A stretch of DNA of 64,000 nucleotides from Chlorokybus atmophyticus (Eukaryota > Plantae > Mesostigma and Chlorokybus algae). How positions within the stretch are numbered: position 1 is the stretch's first letter; each line of letters opens with the position of its first letter. Shown piece by piece: positions 46,538-59,724 of this stretch. A program made the translations under genes and the position numbers. A model generated the notes under the pieces. The model worked only from the letters and a program-made list of their open reading frames with translations, did no database searches and was not told where the DNA came from. The DNA lies in NCBI GenBank assembly GCA_009103225.1, contig RHPI01001132.1, positions 62,001 to 126,000 of the forward strand. The letters are read 5' to 3'.

Positions 46538-48337
46538 ATGCGGGCGGGCGTGGTACTGAGGTCGGTGGTGGATGGTGAGAACTCCCTGCGTGAGTGGTGG
46601 GAGAGGGTGGAGAAGGACCCAGAATGGCAGGAGAGATCGCTGCAGGGGCTCGCAGCCGCTTACGCCCTCATCGCACTCGTCGCACTGGTATGTGTACACG
46701 TGTAGACACGCATGCTTGAGTCAGTGAGTCAGCGCGTGTTGGTGTGTGTGTTTGCAGGTGCAATTGGTCAGGATTCAGGTGCGCATACCCGAGTATGGCT
46801 GGACCACGCAGAAAGTGTTTCACCTCTTGAACCTCCTGTTCTGTGCCAGTGAGTGTTGCAGCCCACTGCTTTTATGTCTTGTTGTTTCGCAAATGCTGCT
46901 GTGTTGGCACACCGACTGTCATTTCCTCAGTGAATCAAACTGTATGTTTGTAGTGCGCTCTGCTGTGTGCTTCTTCCGAGAAGACATTCAGAAGATACAC
47001 CCGCCAGTACGTGTCTGCTGATGCAACAGCTTGGCCTCCTTCAATGTTGCTTGATCAGTGCGGCCCTTTACATGGCTGGTGGATGTTGCTGATAATAATA
47101 TGTCATTCACAGGTGCTTGTGGAGGTCCTGCTTGACCTGCCAGGCCTGCTCTTCTTCACGACATACACGTTGCTCGTGCTCTTCTGGGCAGAGATCTATC
47201 ACCAGGTGAGCATTACCAGCCGTCAGATGACCACAGCGTTGCGAGAAGCTCAATGAATGAATGAATGAATGAATAACAGTAACTTTACGCGCCCATTGCA
47301 TGCGCAGGCGCGCAACCTCCCCACATCCAATCTGCGGCCAGCCTTCGTCATCTGCAACATTAGTGTGTACTCCTTCCAGGTGGGGTCCACTTTATGTCCA
47401 CCTGTTGAGGCACTGTTTGCGAGGCATTGGAGTCTTACTCTCTCACCCTGTGCACAAAACAGTTTGCTATCTGGATCTACATGTCCCTGATCGACCCGAG
47501 CCTGCAGCACCTGTCAAGAATCATCTCCAAGTGCTTCTTCGCAGGTAAGCCACGTGTTTGGCATGCAGGGGGTTCGCATTTTCGTACTACAATGTTGCGC
47601 AGCTTGTTGATGGGTCGCCCAACCGTTTGTTTTGTGACAGGCATATCATTTGCTGGAGCAGGAAGCTTCCTCATCTACGGTGGCAGGTGAGTGCATTGCC
47701 ACAACTTGTTGGTGGCAGTTGGTTGTGTGGAAACGATGCACGTGCTTGCAGGCAACACTGTACTAGTACCACTGAGATAAGCTATGGACTGCTTGTCTCA
47801 TGCGTGCGCGAATGCAGGTTATTTTTCATGCTGAGACGCTTCCCAATAGAGTCAAAGGGCCGCAGGAAAAAGCTGCAGGAGGTATGTGCACGCAGGAGGA
47901 AGTGTGTGTCATCAGCCACTATCATGCATTCCATTCTCAACCCGTGAACACAGGTCGGTGCCGTCACAGCAATCTGCGCCACGGGTTTCACCATACGCGC
48001 CATCATGGTGAGTTCAATCACTCCACCATCCTGCATTGGCCTCTTGGCGCTGACTGAGTGTTTGTTTGCTGCAGATTGCATACTCCGCGATGAACAACTC
48101 GGCCTCCGTGGACAAGATCAGCCACCCGCTGCTGAACCTATTGTACTACACGGTGAGTAGTTTGTTGAGCATTTGGTGTGCTCTCTCATATCAACCGCAT
48201 CTGAATCAACCATCAACGGTAACGTCACATGCTATGAATGTTGGCAGCTCGCGGAGTTGATACCTTCAGTACTGGTGCTGTACATACTGAGGAAGCTGCC
48301 GCCCAAACGCATGGGCCAGTACAAAGTCATCCAATGA
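46538..48337 (+). CDS. TOM1: Tobamovirus multiplication protein 1 family (TOM1/THH1, DUF1084); multi-exon 7-TM protein
   Basis: [120 protein letters not shown]. Confidence 0.92.
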
Positions 48338-48867
48338 TGATGATGATGATTTTGCTGCCATCCATCCGCTGCGGCTGCTCGCGTAGCATGTCTCTTCCAC
48401 GTATCAGACCTTCTTTTGTGTATATTGCACCCAGCCTTGTTCGCGTTCAATAACAGCCATCTGTACATTATCTGCGCAAAGTGTTGCCGGCGGCACGTGT
48501 TTCTGAAATAAGCTGCACTCTCTACAGCAGTGTACGAAAGGGGTGTGCTACTATGTGTATGAGAAGGTTTCTGAGCTATGTGCTGTACAAGGAGCTCATC
48601 CATTACGGCGTGTTTATTGATGTGTAGCCGCCAACATAAGTACTTCGGAGCTGTGCACAAGCCTCAGTGGTACTACTGTACTACTTGCATGACACACTGC
48701 ATGTCACACACCCACCCATGAGAAGGTCTATCTACTGCAGTATTGTGAAAGTGACAACCAAAGAATGTACAACTCAGCAATCTACCAAGTTGGTAGGACC
48801 AACGTACACAAAACCCTTGCTCGCAGCAACACGCTATCAACATCGACGACTCCTACCCTTCACCCTC

Positions 48868-51800
48868 TCAGCCATCCGGGAGTGAGAACTCTGATCCAAA
48901 TACGCAGAGTTTCCCCTCCCCGCATCCGGGCCGGCATTGTGATCGTGGTGACGGGTCCCACACGAGTCCCTTCGCGCACGCACACGCTACGTGCGCAGCG
49001 GGCGCCACGGCCACGCGGTCAAACCACGCCGTGCCGCTGTGTCCCCTCAACATGCAGTATATGGATAGCGAGGCCACGGGCTTGGGTCGGTCAAGGTGGA
49101 GTGACCGTGCAGACCATGTGGCGGAAGAGGGTGGAAAAGGTAGCGTTAGAGCCCACTCGTGGGTCCCGTCCGCGTACGTCACGTCCACGTAGAGAGAGTA
49201 ACCACTGTCGGGGGTGGACCCCGACACGTTGCGCGCGCGGCTGTGGGCGCGTATCACCAACGGCTCGGCACGAACCTGGTCCAGCTTCACCGTCTGCATC
49301 GCCCCGCGCTTGGCGTGCACACCCGCACCGTTGTCCAGACGCAACACTGACCTCTTCCCGGCCCCGTCTGACACGTCCACAACATCAAAGTCGTATCCGT
49401 CGCCGTACGGCCACCACCCCTCACCCTTCCTCTCAAAGAACGGGTTCACCACCAAGTTGATGTTGTTGTTGTTGTTGTTGTTGCCCTTCTCACACACGCC
49501 CTCTTTACCCGCGAGGCCCTTCAGCGTGCTGATCGTGGCGCTTCTCTCCTCGGATGCTGTCTTTGCAGACTGTTCCAACCGCGTGAGGCGTGCCAACTTG
49601 CCCGCGAGCGTGGACTCGCGGTAACTCTCTTTCACAACACCGTCGCGAGCAAGCGTCCAGTAGTCTGGCTCGCACGTCACGAGGGTGTCGTTACTGAGGG
49701 CGCGGGCGCGGGAGGCGGGAAGGGCATGCTCGAGGCGGTGCTTTGCGTGCAGAATCTGCGTGGTGTGGAGGGTGAGGAATGTGTGCACATGTGTGACAGC
49801 TCAACGAGTCACTGCTTGCCTCGTCAAAGTATGTGTGCTTGAAGGCCTCATTGATTGATGCAAGCGCCAGCGCGTTGTCACCCAACATCTCGTGCACGAG
49901 TCCCAGCCTGTTGTTTGATACAGTGTGATTTACAAGGCAAAATACCGACACACACATGCACACGCACCAGTAGTGGATCTGCCAGCAGCGCCATGCAGGC
50001 TCGCACAACTTCACCGCCACCTGCCCAGGGCCAAGCATCAACACACGACGTACTGCACGCACACAAGCTCGTGCAGAGCACAACACCCACACACCTGTAG
50101 GTCCTCTCTCGCATCTACCATCCTCCCCTCTCCTTTCCTGGCTAGCGCTCTCCAGAACCTCGCCATGGCGTGCGTCGGGTACTTCTCCACCTTATCCTCC
50201 ACTCTCTGTCTCGTGGCCGTGTTCCCCATACTCGCAATAGCATCATGATCCATTAGCAGCTGCGCGGGCTCGAACGTGGCGCCGTGGTTGGTGCGAACCA
50301 TCGCCTTGGTGGACTCCAAAGCACCGGAGAGTGCGAACATCTCCTTGCGCATGGAGGAACCGGCGTGCTGGCGGTAGAAGAACGTGGTGCCCGTGGAGAT
50401 GAAGCGCACGCGAGGGGTGGTGAGGGAAGAGGCAGCGAGCCAGAAGTTCCAGTCCTCGAGACCCCAAGGGAGACCTGGATGTGGGTGGGTGGGTGGCTGT
50501 TGGTCACGCGTTGGTTTGTTGGGTGACGGATGAGGGTGACAGTGTGGTGTGCTTGCCTGGGTCGTAGCCACCGACGAGGACCATCAGGCGTCGGGACATA
50601 GGCACGCTGTTGGGGTGCACTTTGTTGGTGCATGCGTGCGTGCGTGTGCACATGACACAAATGATGACCACGCTGGCACCTTGCGTGGAATTTGTTCCAG
50701 TGGGCGACGCCGACGGTGCTGAAGCCCTCAGGAAAGCACCACAGGTCGTCAATGCCCGCCCCAAAGTTGCGCATGCAACCCTGCGCATCCGTCACACAAG
50801 GTTCGTCACCCAGTCAACATGTGCATACAGGAACAACATCACATCTGTGACGCGCACTCACGGGGACGATGTCGAGTTGCGGGTCCTCGAGCGCGAATTT
50901 GGCGGCCTGTCGGAAGTAGTCGATGCCCAGAAGGTCGTCGCTGTCCAGCATGCACAGCCAGCTGCCCCTCGCGTACTGCGTATCACAAGGTGTTGTGGTG
51001 ACTGAACCCTGGCGTTGACTGATTACAACAGCGCGAGTCTCACCCTGAGCCCGGCATTGCGGGCGTCGGCAAGGCCGCCGTTGGACTTGCGCACCAATCG
51101 GATGCGCCGGGACGGGTTGGCGTCCTGCGGTGACCACCGTGGTGGGTCAGGGGCTATCACTATGCGTGCATGCGTACAAGCGTGCACGTGCGCGCGAGGG
51201 CGCGCCCCTGCGCAAGCTTGCATGTGTGCTTGTGCGTGTACACGTGTGCGTGCGTATGGGTGTGCATGTCCGTGCGTATGTCAGCGCACTCACTTGAATA
51301 GCGATGGCGATTTTCCAGGTGTCGTCGGTGCTGCCGTCGTCCACTATGATGAGCTCCCACTTCCCGTATGTCTGGTTCACGACCTGATAAGACATGCAGG
51401 ATAAGCCTGTGACAACTCTTTGATCCACTCGTGCAACCATGCATTGGCAAGAGTGTGCTCACGCTGTTGACGGTCTCGTAGAGGTACTCCCCCTGGTTGT
51501 GCGCCGCCAGCACCACCGAGAACGTCACTCGCGCTGGAGCGCCGTCCGCATCATCATCGTCAAACCCTGCCTGCAATCACACGCATGCAGTCTGAGTGTT
51601 GGTGCAGACCAAGAGGCTTGACAGACAACAGCGTGCAGGATGTACTCATTGGTTGCTCACCGTGTATGCGGCGTTGTCGCGGATGTCGGTGGGGTCCCCC
51701 GTCGTCGGATACACGATGCGAATCGGATACAGGGTGCTCGCTGTTACTGTCGTCGTCGTTGTTGTTGTGCCGTCTTGCAGCAGCTGGCGCGCGGCCTCGG

Positions 51801-51978
51801 ACGAGGAGGCATCAAGCCGCTGCAGGGAGTCCTCCTCTTGCGTGTTGATGGCGGCGGGGGAGAGGGAGAGGGAGAGGGAGCGCAGGGGGAGGAGGCTCGA
51901 AGGGGGCGGCTTGGCGGAGGCGGCGGCGGGGAGAAGACGAGGGAGGAAAAGACCGCAAACAGCCAGAGAGAACAACAC
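48868..51978 (-). CDS. GT2 glycosyltransferase + TPR-like helices + CBM-like jelly-roll + Cys-rich tail; 5' exons above 51978 unresolved
   Basis: FSVVLAAHNQGEYLYETVNSVVNQTYGKWELIIVDDGSTDDT, KSNGGLADARNAGL, WLCMLDSDD, GGYDPGLPWGLEDWNFW. C-terminal NPFFE...GAMQTVKLDQ...YSLYVDVTYADGT...GTAWFDRV. Confidence 0.85.
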
Positions 51979-52224
51979 CTGCGGTGGCGAGGCGAGAGTG
52001 GTGAGTATCTTGTGAGACATACGCAAAAAGCATACACACAGAAGTAGTAGTAGTAGTAGTAGTGGGCAATAGTAGTAGCAGTAGTGCTAGTAGCAATCCG
52101 TACTAGGAGTAGCAGCAGCAGCAATGCTACTGCCACTACTACTACCAAGTAATGTAGTACTGTTCGTCGTGCATCTCTACAGTGGATGCAAATGCGTTGC
52201 ACACGTGTGCAGACACGGACACAC

Positions 52225-52576
<352 letters not shown>

Positions 52577-53215
52577 CGAGCAGCGCTCTCACCCGGCTGT
52601 GTGTATGCACAGTGGAGATAGCAGCAACAAGGTAACTAGCCCATACCCAAAGACTGTATGAATATGCCACAGTGTAGGCTTCGTGTGCCTGATATTTGAT
52701 AGAGAACATGCTCTCATGATGCATTTTGAGGGTTTTTTCACTGAACGCATGAGTCGTTGGGATGTGAGGTGGACGCCACGCACCTGCACGCAGGCCATGC
52801 CCAGCAGCACCCTCCCGCATCCATTCCCGCCAGCTCCAGCTACCCTACCTCGTCTCCTCATCATTTCTCTTCTCGCTGCGATCAGCCTACTTTCTCCTGT
52901 ACACCTCGGTGCCCAGCATCTCCGCCACCTCCACCAGCTCCTCCTCCTCCTGCTGCGCCGCCGCCGCCCAGCTGTCACGTGACGCCTCAAGTCGTTACGT
53001 GGCAGGCGGCAAACATCCCGACCCGCCGCATACCGGCGCTGCGGCGCCTCGCATGCGGTGAGTCTGCCTCAGATCGTCTCGCCGCATGCGACCGGTTTGG
53101 GGTCGTTGGCATGCGGCGGCCCGCGCGGGTGTGGGCCACGTCGTTGCAGGGGGGAGAGATGCGTTTGTGCGTGCATTGGCGTCCCGGGCCGCCGGCGTTG
53201 TCGTTGTCCTTCGCC

Positions 53216-55372
53216 ATGGCGTCTGTTGCCGCCTTCGCCGCTGGCGTCGCGGGGCGGCTGGAGAAGAATGGGCTTAGGGTGGTCGCGGTCCGCGCTTATA
53301 AAAGGATGGATCGGAAGCGGTGCGGATGTGCTAATGCAACGAATGTTGAACATGAATGGGCCGATGCAAAAACAAATGCACTCACGCAAATCAGCAAAGC
53401 CGCAGGGAGGGGGGAATGCATTGCCTTCTGCCAGAGGCGGGGGCGTTGTTGTGCATGCACGCTTTGGGAGAGAAATGAGGAGTTGTTATGGTCGTGCCAA
53501 CGCAATGCTTGCACAATGTACCCTTCCTGCTATTGTCAGGCGTTGCTCGTAATCTTTGTTTTGTTGCGGACTGCTGGTCAGCATCCATGCGCAACTTGTT
53601 CTTGCTTGCGTTGTTGAGTGCGCTGGGTTGTCCATCATGTTTCTTGTTATCTCATTGCCTTACGCGGTGCATGTGAAGAGCAGACATCGGCACATTCCAC
53701 TGAGACAACCTTAACCAGAATGCATGCATGGACGCAGGACAATCCTGCAGCGGGCACCCAACCACCACAGCTGCATCATCAGACTCAACACAGCAAAGCG
53801 CAATGGCGGTAATGCTGCTTTGACAAAGGAGACATCCGTTGCAATGGCATCATCGGCGTCGGCCGCCAAGACGCAGGATGCGAGCAGCGAGGAGCACGAA
53901 CAGGAGGAGGAGGAGGAGGAGAAGGAGGGAGACGCCGCTGCGCCTGCGGGTGAGGAAGAGCTTCAGGAGACTGCTGGTGAGGGTGCCGACGAGGAGGCCA
54001 AGTCCACCAAGTACACTCGCGTGATGCAGAAGCGCATGGGCGGCAGCATGACGTACGACCACGCGGCGGGCATCAACTACGCGCGCGTGCTTCCCGACCT
54101 CATCGTGGGGTCGTGCCCGCAGCAGCCCGAGGACATCGACATGCTGGTGGAGGAGGAGGACGTGCGCGTCATCTTCTGCCTGCAGGAGGACTCGGATCTG
54201 GCGTATTTCAACCTGGATATCGGCGCCATACGTGCGCGAGCAGAAGAGAGAGGGGACGTCATACACCACCGACACCCAGTACGCGACTTTGATCCCGTCA
54301 GCCTAAGACGCAACCTACCCGCGGCCGTCGCATCCCTGTACGCACTGCACTCGCTCACCGGAGTGAGTGTTTGGTCGTCACATGCTCTCTGTCACGCGCA
54401 CATTGCGCGCGTAGACATACACGCACACGGATGCATACACGCCAGTGCACGCAATGGTGCCCATGCCTATGCACGCGCATACGAGCATGCCCACGCACGC
54501 ACGCATGCGTACCCACGCGTTTCATTGCAGGGGACTGCGTACGTGCACTGCACTGCGGGTCTGGGCCGGGCTCCCGCGACGGCTCTCGCGTACATGAACT
54601 GGCTCCGCGGTCTCTCCCTCGCGCAATCCAACGAGCTGCTTCAGGCCGTGCGACCATGCAACCCGCGCTACGAGGCCATACGACGCGCCACCGCGGACGT
54701 ACTCAGCGGCCTCGACGCGGACGAGGAGGAGGTCACGCTCGCGTGGAGAAGGGGAGGGAACAGAGTGCAAGTGGCTGGACTCGATGTCGGATGGGGACAA
54801 GTATGTGCTTGCTTGCTTGCTTGTGTGCGTGTGTGTGCGCGCACGTGCGTGTATGAGTGTGCGCGTGTGTTTGTGCAAGCATGCATGCATGCGGGTTCAC
54901 TATGACTTGCATTGCACCAACCCCACTCTGCTCGGTTGTGCAGAGGATTGATGCTGAGAAGGAGGTCGGGAGGGGTACCATGCGTTGGGTCGTGCGTCGG
55001 CCGCTGAGGACGGGGCGCTACGAGTACAAGTACGTCATCGAGGGGGACAGGTGGACGTACAACCCCGACGCCCTCACCACGGCGCCCGACGGCGGCGGCA
55101 ACGTCAACAACGTCATCGACATACCGCCCCGCGACCCCGCCGCTGCGGCCACCCTCGCGCGTGTGCTGCGCGAGGACGCCGTGCTTACAGAGGAAGACTA
55201 CGAGCAGATCAAGAAGGTGAGTGAAATCGCTGTTGGGTGTGTACAAACAATGCGGTACGGAATGTGTGGCGCGTGGGAAAAGACAGAGTTGTGATGGTGT
55301 GATGTGCAGGTGCTGGAGAGCTTGAAACCAGATCTGTCTATGTATGCAAAGACCTTTGCTGTTGCCAAATGA
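53216..55372 (+). CDS. SEX4: Phosphoglucan phosphatase, SEX4-like (dual-specificity phosphatase + CBM48), with a plastid transit-like N-terminus; start uncertain
   Basis: MGGSMTYDHAAGINYARVLPDLIVGSCPQ, IFCLQEDSDL, RDFDPVSLRRNLP, AYVHCTAGLGRAP (CX5R), VAGLDVGWG, GRYEYKYVIEG. Confidence 0.9.
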
Positions 55373-55835
55373 TGGCGACAGTGTCAAAGTTAGCATAGTA
55401 TAGCTGTGCCATGCGCCAGTCTATGTATGTACAGTTTTGTGAGCTTGCTACGATCTGGACTGCGCGATGATGGTCGCACTTCCCCAGGGTGTTCTCTTGT
55501 AAACACTGGTTGCTGCTGGGTGTGAAAACCATGCCAAGTAGGGCGTTGAATTGAATCGGGGTGTGACTTACTTCTGCAAAGCCATTTGCACTGGCACTGT
55601 CGTAGCAACAGTTGCTGACAGGCTGGTTGAGGCACAGCACTTTTGCAAAGCAGTGGATAACAACGTGCAGCTGAAGCTACAAGCAGCGTAATTACAAGAA
55701 TGTACAGAATCTCATTGAACTCAGCATGGACGAACTCTAACCTAGCCCTCAGCACCCCTCGTGCCCAACTCTCTCCCGAGAAGCTGGCGCATCATCATCT
55801 GGCATCCCGCGTCATCTCCGCTACCCACAGCGTGT

Positions 55836-57209
55836 TTAGATTGCAGTCGAGGGCCTCTCGCCCCTGCCTTCACCTTTATCGGCGTCGTGCTCTCGCTGTA
55901 TCATGGAGTACGTCTTGAGGCTGGGCATGACAGCAACGGGGAGAGTGTCGCTAGAGATGTCCTCCACGTTGTCCTCCCATGGCGTGGGCACGAGCCCGAG
56001 GAGGAAAGTGATGAAGAGTCCGAGCGGGACGAGGGCCAGGAGGCCAATCAGCGGGAGGAGATAGTATTCGAGGGCCACCTTGACGGCCACCGAGTGCGTG
56101 TGGTGTGCGGGTAGGTAGAGGACGAGGCCCATGGGGACGGCGCACGCAACGGATACCAGAAAGGTGAGTAGTCGCTTCCACCACGGGTACACGGATCCAC
56201 CTCCCCAACCCGCGTCGGTTGCGTGTAGGTAGAGGTATCTCTGGTGTAGCTCTGCGGCGGTGGGGAGTGCGGTGAGTATGGCGAGTCCCGCCAACATGCC
56301 CTCGAGCGCGCCCTGGTAGTCGATGAGCTTGTTGGGGCACTGCGCGGCCACGTTGCGCACCCACTCCACGGGCAGGTCCCACGCGGCGTCGGTGATGAAG
56401 TAGGCGGCGAGGGCCACGCAGAGGAAGAGGGCGGACCCGACGGCGCTGAGGGCGGAGACGACGGAGATGGGAGCGGACTTGAGGGCGGGCTGGAGGCGTG
56501 CGATGGCGCGGTCGACCCACAGGAACACGCAGAGGTCGAGGCCGCCGGTGAGCCAACCCAACAGCACCTGGTCGGGGAAGTGGGCGCCGTTGTAGATGCG
56601 CGAGTAGCCGATCAGGAACACCATGAGCAGAGAAGCCGCCCACGCGCACGTACGAAGGGCGAGACGGCGTCGAGCGGGCTGCTGCTCGACGATGTGCCAG
56701 TTGTGGAAGTGCAGCGCGAGGAGTAAGTAGAGGCTGGCGGCGCCTTCACTGTGGCCCGACGGGCGACCGTACTGCACCTCGCACACGAACGCGCGCACCT
56801 CAGAGCTGTACCAGTAAGGACGCGGGGCGCGGAACAGCTGCTTGAGGAAGTTGTTGACGTGCATCGAGTACGCCACCATCGCCATCAGCCGCAGGCCGAA
56901 CATCATGTCGAATGCGTACATGACGCAGAGAATCAAGATGGGGTAGAACGGCGACCCCATCCACGACATGAACTGGAAGAAGCCGCGCCCCGCCGAGCTG
57001 GAACGACCCTGCATGGAGATGATGCGACGCGTGCCCCAGTCGTACAGCGCGCGCGTGTCGTACGTCAGCAGCGGGTACGCCAAGCACAGCGACAACACCA
57101 GCGCCAGCGTCCATGCCACCAGCACGCGACGGCTGACCAGGTGTGCGCCGTCGCTGCGGCAGTGCCAAGGACGACGGCCCGACGACCACACGCGCCCGTG
57201 TAACAACAT
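55836..57209 (-). CDS. PAP2-superfamily membrane phosphatase (glucose-6-phosphatase-like motifs), single exon, 457 aa
   Basis: KQLFRAPRPYWY, CEVQYGRPSGHS, SRIYNGAHFPDQV, and multiple TM segments. Confidence 0.85.
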   Translation of the reverse strand: MLLHGRVWSSGRRPWHCRSDGAHLVSRRVLVAWTLALVLSLCLAYPLLTYDTRALYDWGTRRIISMQGRSSSAGRGFFQFMSWMGSPFYPILILCVMYAFDMMFGLRLMAMVAYSMHVNNFLKQLFRAPRPYWYSSEVRAFVCEVQYGRPSGHSEGAASLYLLLALHFHNWHIVEQQPARRRLALRTCAWAASLLMVFLIGYSRIYNGAHFPDQVLLGWLTGGLDLCVFLWVDRAIARLQPALKSAPISVVSALSAVGSALFLCVALAAYFITDAAWDLPVEWVRNVAAQCPNKLIDYQGALEGMLAGLAILTALPTAAELHQRYLYLHATDAGWGGGSVYPWWKRLLTFLVSVACAVPMGLVLYLPAHHTHSVAVKVALEYYLLPLIGLLALVPLGLFITFLLGLVPTPWEDNVEDISSDTLPVAVMPSLKTYSMIQREHDADKGEGRGERPSTAI

Positions 57210-58266
57210 GGCTGCGTGTTTGTTGCAGTTGTGCAGGAGAGGAGGCTAACGCTGTGTGCGGTGCTCAGTGGCAGTGTCGCACTTCTGCGAATGCATGAGA
57301 GTCAGTCAAGTCGTGCACACACGATCATTTTCATTTGTCATAGCAATGTTCAGGAGGAGGAGGACGAGCAGGGGAGACCACATACATACAGAACTGGAGG
57401 GTGGCGTACGCTGTCGTGTGTTTGTGCCATGCACAAAAGACTGCTGGAGTGTGGAACGGGAAGCGAGCCAAAGCAAACCGGAGGCTGCACATTAGGGTGT
57501 GGTTGTTTGGGCTGCATGCTGCGACTAACAGCCGCGGGCGACGTTTATCTCTGAAAGCCTCTGTCCAGAATGACATGGTGTTGCCTGCTCAGCCCTTTCT
57601 ACAGACGCGCTTGCGACGGCCAGCTCATTGACGTGACGGCAAGCAAGGTCGACAGCGCGCACACACGCACGCACATAGGACAGTCTGACTTTGCTGTACT
57701 GAAGAGAGGGGATTGATATGACCAACACTGTGATCTCGAAGCACTCACCTACCCGTGCCGCACCCTACCCATGTGCCTACCTTTCTAGCTGCCGTGCCTC
57801 CCCGTCGTCGTTGCCGCTTTCGGCTCGCGGCAAGCAGGGTTACAGAGAACCGCACGCTCTTGGGCCTGGTTTTTCAATTATTCCTGCGCTCCCTTCGCCT
57901 ACTGCGCCATCTCCTTCCCCCACCTGCCAACCCACACGGTCGCCGACGTCGTCGCGGCTGCCCCCACCGCACCCACTCAGTCGCGTCCACGTCTTTCGCG
58001 CGCGGATATATCTAAGCGACGTATATCGGCGCGGTGTACGTATAAGTTTGCGGACACGGGCCGGCAGCTGCTGCTGTCACGGCCAGTGAACGCCTCTGGG
58101 TAGGCCAGGCAGAGTCGAAGAGGGAGGAGGCGGAGTCTGTGAGCGAACGCGACAGAGCGTGGGAGAGAGCGCGATTCTTGGTAGAGTTGCGAAAAGGTTG
58201 CGCGGCGTTTGGAGACGAAGAGGGTTTGTGCTGTTATAGAGAGTTGCGCGGGGGTCGCAGGGGACG

Positions 58267-59724
58267 ATGGAGGCGACAAGGTTGCCGCCCAAGCAGCGCA
58301 ACGCACAATGGAAAGACAAGGTACGCCACTCCTATGCGCTGGGCTTGCTCGCTCTTTCCGTGCTCCTTGTCACATGCTTTATGACAGCGGCGGTGCACAC
58401 GCCAGCAGCTGTGTGAAAACAACACAAACTCTAACGAAGACGGAGCAGTTCGTGTGCGTATTTGCTTGGGGGCTTTTTGCTGCTCGTTGTAAGCAGCGCT
58501 CCTCCTGGCATGCAATGACTGGTGTAGCGCGGCAGTGTTGACAGTCAGCAAGCATGTGTGTTCTCAAGATCCCAACATCCCAGCAAGACCATGCCTCCAC
58601 CATCCGCTGCGTGCAGTCTTTGTGCTTGCGTTGACCTTGTGTGTGCGTGCGGTGCCCGCGCAGCTGCGGTTGCGATGTTTGGAGCGCGTGGCGGAGGTGC
58701 GGGGCTCGCTGCTCTGGAAGATGCGGGCCGGACCGTCTGCGGGAACAGCTACCAGCACCGCCGACCCATCCAATAAGCGCAAAGTAAGTGTGCATGCGTG
58801 GTACCGGGCTAGGGGGATGCCCGCGTGGCTCTCGTAGTATTTGTGTCGAATGCGTGTGTGCACAGCGTGTGACGGTGGCGTTGGGCGACATCATCAGCGA
58901 CGAGGTGCGCAAAGCCAGGCGCTTGTCGCTGGATGCGTGTGCGGACATGGACGGTCCCTGGATGGACGTGGACACGGATGACGGTCTGACGCACCTCTCA
59001 GGGTGGGTGAGTGCTTGTTGTTCGTTATTTCCTCTCGTGCTTTGGTTGATGACGCATCCCTGTACTGGAGTGCTAGAGGCTGGCTGTGTGAGCACGCAGG
59101 GAAGAGTATGAGGCGCTAATGCTGGCAATGGAAGAGTCGCTGCACAGCGATCTAGAAGCACAGCAGCGCAGCGAAGGTTTGAGACACTATTGCATAACCG
59201 TTTTTGATTGCATCGATCACCGCAGTTGCCATGCTCTGAGTTGTGTGTCTCACGTCTGCAGAGGAGGCCATGCTGGCGGGCATGGAGTCGGCGGAGGAGG
59301 CAGCCTGGGCGGCGCGCATTGCCGAGCACGAGCGCGAGCATGCCTCGTGTTCCCACACTCCTAAAGACACGTCCAGCGACGTCATCTGCCCCGTCTGCCG
59401 TCGGCACCGCCTCGCTCAAAGCAAGTCCGTGATATTTTGCGCATGTGGGTTACGCCTCGACACCGAAACCGACCAGGTGCAGCACTTGGCGGAGTCTCAC
59501 ATCCTTTGCGATGCGCTTATTTAGACAGAGTTGTGTGAAGCTGACTTGTGTGTTTGCAGGTGCATCTGGAGTATCTGAAACAGCGGCTAGCGGAAGCGTG
59601 GCAAGCGCATGCGGACATGCGTTGTCCTGCACCGTCCCCGCAGTTCACGGTGCAGCAACGCTTTGGCCTGCAGGCTCTTTACTCGACCTGTCACGTCTGC
59701 CATCTGTTTGAGTTGCTGCTCTGA
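58267..59724 (+). CDS. RPAIN: RPA-interacting protein (RPAIN/RIP); multi-exon
   Basis: WKDK|LRLRCLERVAEVRGSLLWKMR, LMLAMEESL, VICPVCRRHRL...IFCACGLRLDT, LKQRLAEAWQAH...C...CHVC (C-terminal Zn finger). Confidence 0.85.
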
